Below are positions 4,589 to 7,350 of a DNA stretch of 7,350 bases, in pieces. How positions within the stretch are numbered: the first letter of the stretch is position 1; each line of letters begins with the position of its first letter. A program made the translations under genes and the position numbers. Where the stretch lies: the IMG/VR virus record IMGVR_UViG_2698536628_000019; one strand, 5' to 3'. Below the pieces are notes generated by a model. The model made no database searches. It was not told the DNA's origin and saw nothing but the letters and a program-made list of their open reading frames with translations. Source of the DNA: a virus (taxonomy: Duplodnaviria; Heunggongvirae; Uroviricota; Caudoviricetes).

Positions 4589-5599
4589 ATGGCCGCATTA
4601 CCATACATGCAACTGTACATAGCTGATTACCTGGCTGACACCATGCATTTGTCCGCAGAGGAGCACGGTGCGTATTTGTTGCTGATGTTCAATTACTGGC
4701 AAACAGGGAAACCAATACCTAAAAACAGGCTGGCAAAAATTTCCCGTCTGACTAACGAGCGATGGGCTGATGTGGAACCATCCTTGCGGGAGTTTTTTTG
4801 CGATAACAGCGATGAATGGGTGCATCTTCGGATTGAGGAAGATCTGGCATCAGTCAGGGAAAAATTGACCAAAAAATCAGCCGCCGGAAAAGCATCTGTT
4901 CAGGCCAGAAGAAGCAGAAAGGAAGCATATGTTCAAACAAAACAAGAGAGAGATTTAACAGGTGTTCAAACAAATGTTGGTGTTGTGTTTGAACATGACG
5001 CAAACACAAAAGCAACTAATAAAGATACAGATCTAAAAGAATTAAACCCCACACATAACGTGCGTGAACGCGAGAGTATTCCGACCAGTGAGTCGCATGG
5101 TGCGCCGTTGCAGACAGCCGAACCTGAATACCTGGACGGCCTGAGCGAACCGATCGGGAAATTTTCGATGACTACTGTCTGGCAGCCGTCGCCGGATTTT
5201 CGACAACGGGCAGCAGTGTGGGGTATGGCTCTGCCTGAGCCGGAATTTACACCTGCTGAGCTTGCCGCATTCCGGGATTACTGGATGGCGGAGGGGAAGG
5301 TTTTCACGCAGGTTCAGTGGGAGCAGAAATTTGCCCGCCACGTGCAGCACGTCAGGGCACAGGTAAAACCAGTCAGCAAGGGGGTAAGCCATGCAGCATC
5401 AGGTGGCACGGCATCACGGGCAGTTCAGGAAATCCGGGCAGCACGCGAACAGTGGGAACGTGAAAACGGATTTATCAGCAACGGAAACGGCCTGGAAGCT
5501 GTGGGAGCTTATGGGGGAGGTGTATTCGAACCGCTGGACTCAGAAGAACGGGGCCGCACCTTCGAAGCTCTGGATTGCCCAGATTGGTGCGATGACTGA
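4589..5599 (+). CDS. ydaU: YdaU-like replication-associated protein: N-terminal DUF1376, C-terminal DnaT-like domain (337 aa from ATG 4589)
   Basis: Track ORF 4535-5599 begins at TTG; ATG 4589 with GAGG SD gives MAALPYMQLYIADYLADTMHLSAEEHGAYLL..., the DUF1376/YdaU signature. Segment GKFSMTTVWQPSPDFRQRAAVWGMALPEPEFTPAELAAFRDYWMAEGKVFTQVQWEQKFARH matches the recalled DnaT C-terminal domain ([29 protein letters not shown]...[20 protein letters not shown]). Confidence 0.85.
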   Translation: MAALPYMQLYIADYLADTMHLSAEEHGAYLLLMFNYWQTGKPIPKNRLAKISRLTNERWADVEPSLREFFCDNSDEWVHLRIEEDLASVREKLTKKSAAGKASVQARRSRKEAYVQTKQERDLTGVQTNVGVVFEHDANTKATNKDTDLKELNPTHNVRERESIPTSESHGAPLQTAEPEYLDGLSEPIGKFSMTTVWQPSPDFRQRAAVWGMALPEPEFTPAELAAFRDYWMAEGKVFTQVQWEQKFARHVQHVRAQVKPVSKGVSHAASGGTASRAVQEIRAAREQWERENGFISNGNGLEAVGAYGGGVFEPLDSEERGRTFEALDCPDWCDD

Positions 5600-6053
5600 A
5601 CAGCAAATCCGTCTGGTCTGCCGTCAGTGCATGGACCGCTGCCGGGCGGGTGAAACGTGGCCCCCGGACCTGGCTGAGTTTGTTGCGCTGATTTCGGAGA
5701 GTGGGGCAAATCCATTTGGTCTTACGGTGGATGCCGTGATGGAAGAGTACCGGCGCTGGCGCAATGAATCCTGGCGATACGACGGGAGTGATAAATACCC
5801 GTGGCCACAGCCTGTGCTGTACCACATCTGCCTCGAAATGCGTACCAGAGGGATTGAGCGCCAGATGACGCAGGGTGAGTTAAAACTACTTGCAGAACGG
5901 CAACTGACGAAATGGGCAAAGCATGTTGGTAACGGGATGAGTGTTCCGCCAGTGCGACGACAACTGGAAGGGGCGAAACACCCGCAAGGGCCAACGCCAA
6001 TTGAGCGGCTGAAACAGGAATACGAACGCCGGAAGGCAGCTGGTTTTATTTGA
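5391..6053 (+). CDS. Lambda P-like replication protein (helicase-loader family); start uncertain (ATG 5391 with strong SD, or ATG 5592)
   Basis: Track ORF 5391-6053. Segment WPPDLAEFVALI...VDAVMEEYRRWRNESWRYDGSDKYPWPQPVLYHICLEMR parallels recalled lambda P (FLPSPGQFVAWCRE...VDMVYEYCRKRGLYPDAESYPWKSNAHYWLVTNLYQNMR). AGGGGG SD 6 nt before ATG 5391. This start implies a 209-nt out-of-frame overlap with the YdaU-like gene; ATG 5592 would give an 8-nt overlap but has a poor SD. Confidence 0.65.
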   Translation: MQHQVARHHGQFRKSGQHANSGNVKTDLSATETAWKLWELMGEVYSNRWTQKNGAAPSKLWIAQIGAMTEQQIRLVCRQCMDRCRAGETWPPDLAEFVALISESGANPFGLTVDAVMEEYRRWRNESWRYDGSDKYPWPQPVLYHICLEMRTRGIERQMTQGELKLLAERQLTKWAKHVGNGMSVPPVRRQLEGAKHPQGPTPIERLKQEYERRKAAGFI

Positions 6054-6086
6054 ATCTGAGAAACGATTTTGTCGGAGGAAATTTTA

Positions 6087-6812
6087 ATGGAAACCGTATT
6101 TGACGCACTGAAAGCACTGAAAAGAGCCTCTTCACAGGTAGTGGCGGCCCGCCTTGGAATCAGCCGTGAAGATGCGGTCAACGAACTGTGGAAACTGAAG
6201 CGCCGCGGTGAAGCGGATAACAAGGGGTCGATGTGGTGGCTGATTCAGGCTGGTGAAAGTGAACCGGTGTCACCGGTACCGAAAGTGACAGCGCAAATGC
6301 TGACTGAGGCGATTGAACAACATGGCCCACAAACGGCGGATGAGCTGGCACTGATGTTCGGGATTACCTCCCGCCGGGCGAATTCATCGCTGGCCATGGT
6401 AATCAGCAAAGGGCGTCTGATTCGCGTGAATCAGGGCGGTAAATTTCGTTACTGCATACCGGGCGCTGATTTACCGGCAGAGCCGGAAGCTGCATCCGTA
6501 GCGGAAACCGATGGTAAAGCCTTTCCTCAGCCAGCAGGTGTTGCGTTACCAGTTCGGGAAGCAGAAACACAGGAAGAAATAAAAACGGAAAGTGTGGCGG
6601 TCACAGTGCAGTCACAGCCGTCGTTCACCAGAAAACATCCGGATGGTCTGATTTTACCATCGCTGCATGTGGCTAACCGCGAGCTGCGCCGGGCAAAAGG
6701 TCAGGTTCAGAAGTGGGAGCGAGTCTGCGCCGCGCTGCGGGAGCTGAACAAGCACCGGGATATTGTTCGACAGATTACTGATTCTTCCCGCCGTGTTGTA
6801 TCGGAAAAGTGA
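6087..6812 (+). CDS. Uncharacterised prophage protein with two N-terminal winged-helix-like segments (241 aa)
   Basis: Track ORF 6069-6812 starts at TTG; ATG 6087 preceded by GGAGG (6074-6078). Two HTH-like segments ([24 protein letters not shown]; [28 protein letters not shown]), then a low-complexity acidic linker and a basic C-terminus. Family assignment unverified (possibly a DUF1627-like prophage protein). Confidence 0.7.
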   Translation: METVFDALKALKRASSQVVAARLGISREDAVNELWKLKRRGEADNKGSMWWLIQAGESEPVSPVPKVTAQMLTEAIEQHGPQTADELALMFGITSRRANSSLAMVISKGRLIRVNQGGKFRYCIPGADLPAEPEAASVAETDGKAFPQPAGVALPVREAETQEEIKTESVAVTVQSQPSFTRKHPDGLILPSLHVANRELRRAKGQVQKWERVCAALRELNKHRDIVRQITDSSRRVVSEK

Positions 6813-6827
6813 TTGCCGGAGGCGCTT

Positions 6828-7220
6828 ATGGCAAAAGAATTTACACCAGAAGAGCGGGAAGAAGTGAAGGCGCGCATTGTGGAATTCGTGCGCCTGAGCG
6901 GACGAGAAACTTTTCGACAACTGGCAGATAAAACGGGTGTCAGTAAGACCGCTATTCGTCGTTTATCTGGTGCGCTTGCGGCCAGTGGTGATGTCTGGCT
7001 CTCTGGTTGCGGGGTATTTCCATCAGAGCAGGCGTATCGCGTATGGCGTAAGACACCGGAGAAGGCTGCTGACCCGACACTGATTCGAAAGTTACCTGAC
7101 GGAGAAATACGTCGTTACAACAGACGGCAGAACATAATTTGTCGTGAGTGCCGCCAGAGCGAAGTTATGCAGCGTGTGCTGGCGTTCTATCGGGGAAACT
7201 TTCAGGAGGTGATGGAGTGA
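6828..7220 (+). CDS. Uncharacterised prophage protein (130 aa) with an HTH-like segment
   Basis: Track ORF 6813-7220 starts at TTG; ATG 6828 with CGGAGG SD 5 nt upstream (MAKEFTPEEREEVKARIVEFVRLSGRETFRQLADKTGVSKTAIRRL...). Stop overlaps the start of the next gene. Confidence 0.65.
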   Translation: MAKEFTPEEREEVKARIVEFVRLSGRETFRQLADKTGVSKTAIRRLSGALAASGDVWLSGCGVFPSEQAYRVWRKTPEKAADPTLIRKLPDGEIRRYNRRQNIICRECRQSEVMQRVLAFYRGNFQEVME

Positions 7221-7350
7221 GGGTGAGAGTTTATATTGCCGGTCCAATGACGGGATATGAAAATTTCAACCGTGAGGCGTTTCACAAGGCGGAAGAGGAA
7301 CTGAAACGGGAAGGGCATACCGTCTTAACTCCGGCAGTACTTCCGGACGG
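7217..7350 (+). CDS. DUF4406-like / nucleoside 2-deoxyribosyltransferase-like protein, N-terminal 44 codons (continues past the window end)
   Basis: Frame from GTG 7217 (GTGA overlap with the preceding stop; AGGAGG at 7204-7209) reads MRVRVYIAGPMTGYENFNREAFHKAEEELKREGHTVLTPAVLPD. The YIAGPMTG motif near the N-terminus is characteristic of the deoxyribosyltransferase-like fold. Partial, so low certainty. Confidence 0.5.
   Translation, partial: MRVRVYIAGPMTGYENFNREAFHKAEEELKREGHTVLTPAVLPD

Noticed and set aside
4598-6223. Minus-strand track ORFs 4598-4825, 5042-5392, 5475-5825, 5509-5715, 5624-6223, 5722-6000
   Set aside because: All lie antisense to the YdaU-like and P-like genes in the most GC-rich part of the window, where long spurious open frames are expected. 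Translations are Arg/Pro/Ser-rich.
6654-6920. Minus-strand ORF of 88 aa
   Set aside because: Antisense to two well-supported plus-strand genes with good RBSs.
1-7350. Integrase, transposase, IS ends or attachment sites
   Set aside because: No ORF with recombinase features and no long terminal inverted repeats were found. The window appears internal to the prophage.

Overview
This window reads as the early/immunity region of a mosaic lambdoid (Qin/Rac-type) enterobacterial prophage, with a HigB/HigA-family toxin-antitoxin pair inserted into it. Everything here comes from reading the six-frame track, hand translation and recalled protein-family features; no searches were run. Minus strand, left arm: a partial uncharacterised gene (1-688), a YdfD-like small protein (783-950), a DicB-like division inhibitor whose 5' end is lost in a 104-nt run of N (1097-1200), a DicF sRNA homolog (1254-1311), a ~340-bp structured non-coding spacer, a 72-aa YdfC-like gene (1653-1871) and a DicA-like XRE repressor (3289-3681). 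Plus strand, right arm: a Cro-like YdaS/DicC-family regulator (3808-4068), YdaT-like (4065-4502), YdaU-like DUF1376/DnaT-like protein (4589-5599), a lambda-P-like helicase-loader gene (5391 or 5592 to 6053), two uncharacterised genes and the start of a DUF4406-like gene. The inserted block lies between the repressor and the left operon on the opposite strand: a small zinc-ribbon ORF (1964-2164) and higB/higA (2578-3242) with their own promoter-like signals, palindrome and terminator. A 14-bp AT-rich motif is shared between the repressor/cro intergenic region and the region upstream of higB. I cannot establish from sequence alone that any of this is previously undescribed; the toxin-antitoxin insertion and its possible coupling to the prophage repressor is the best candidate.
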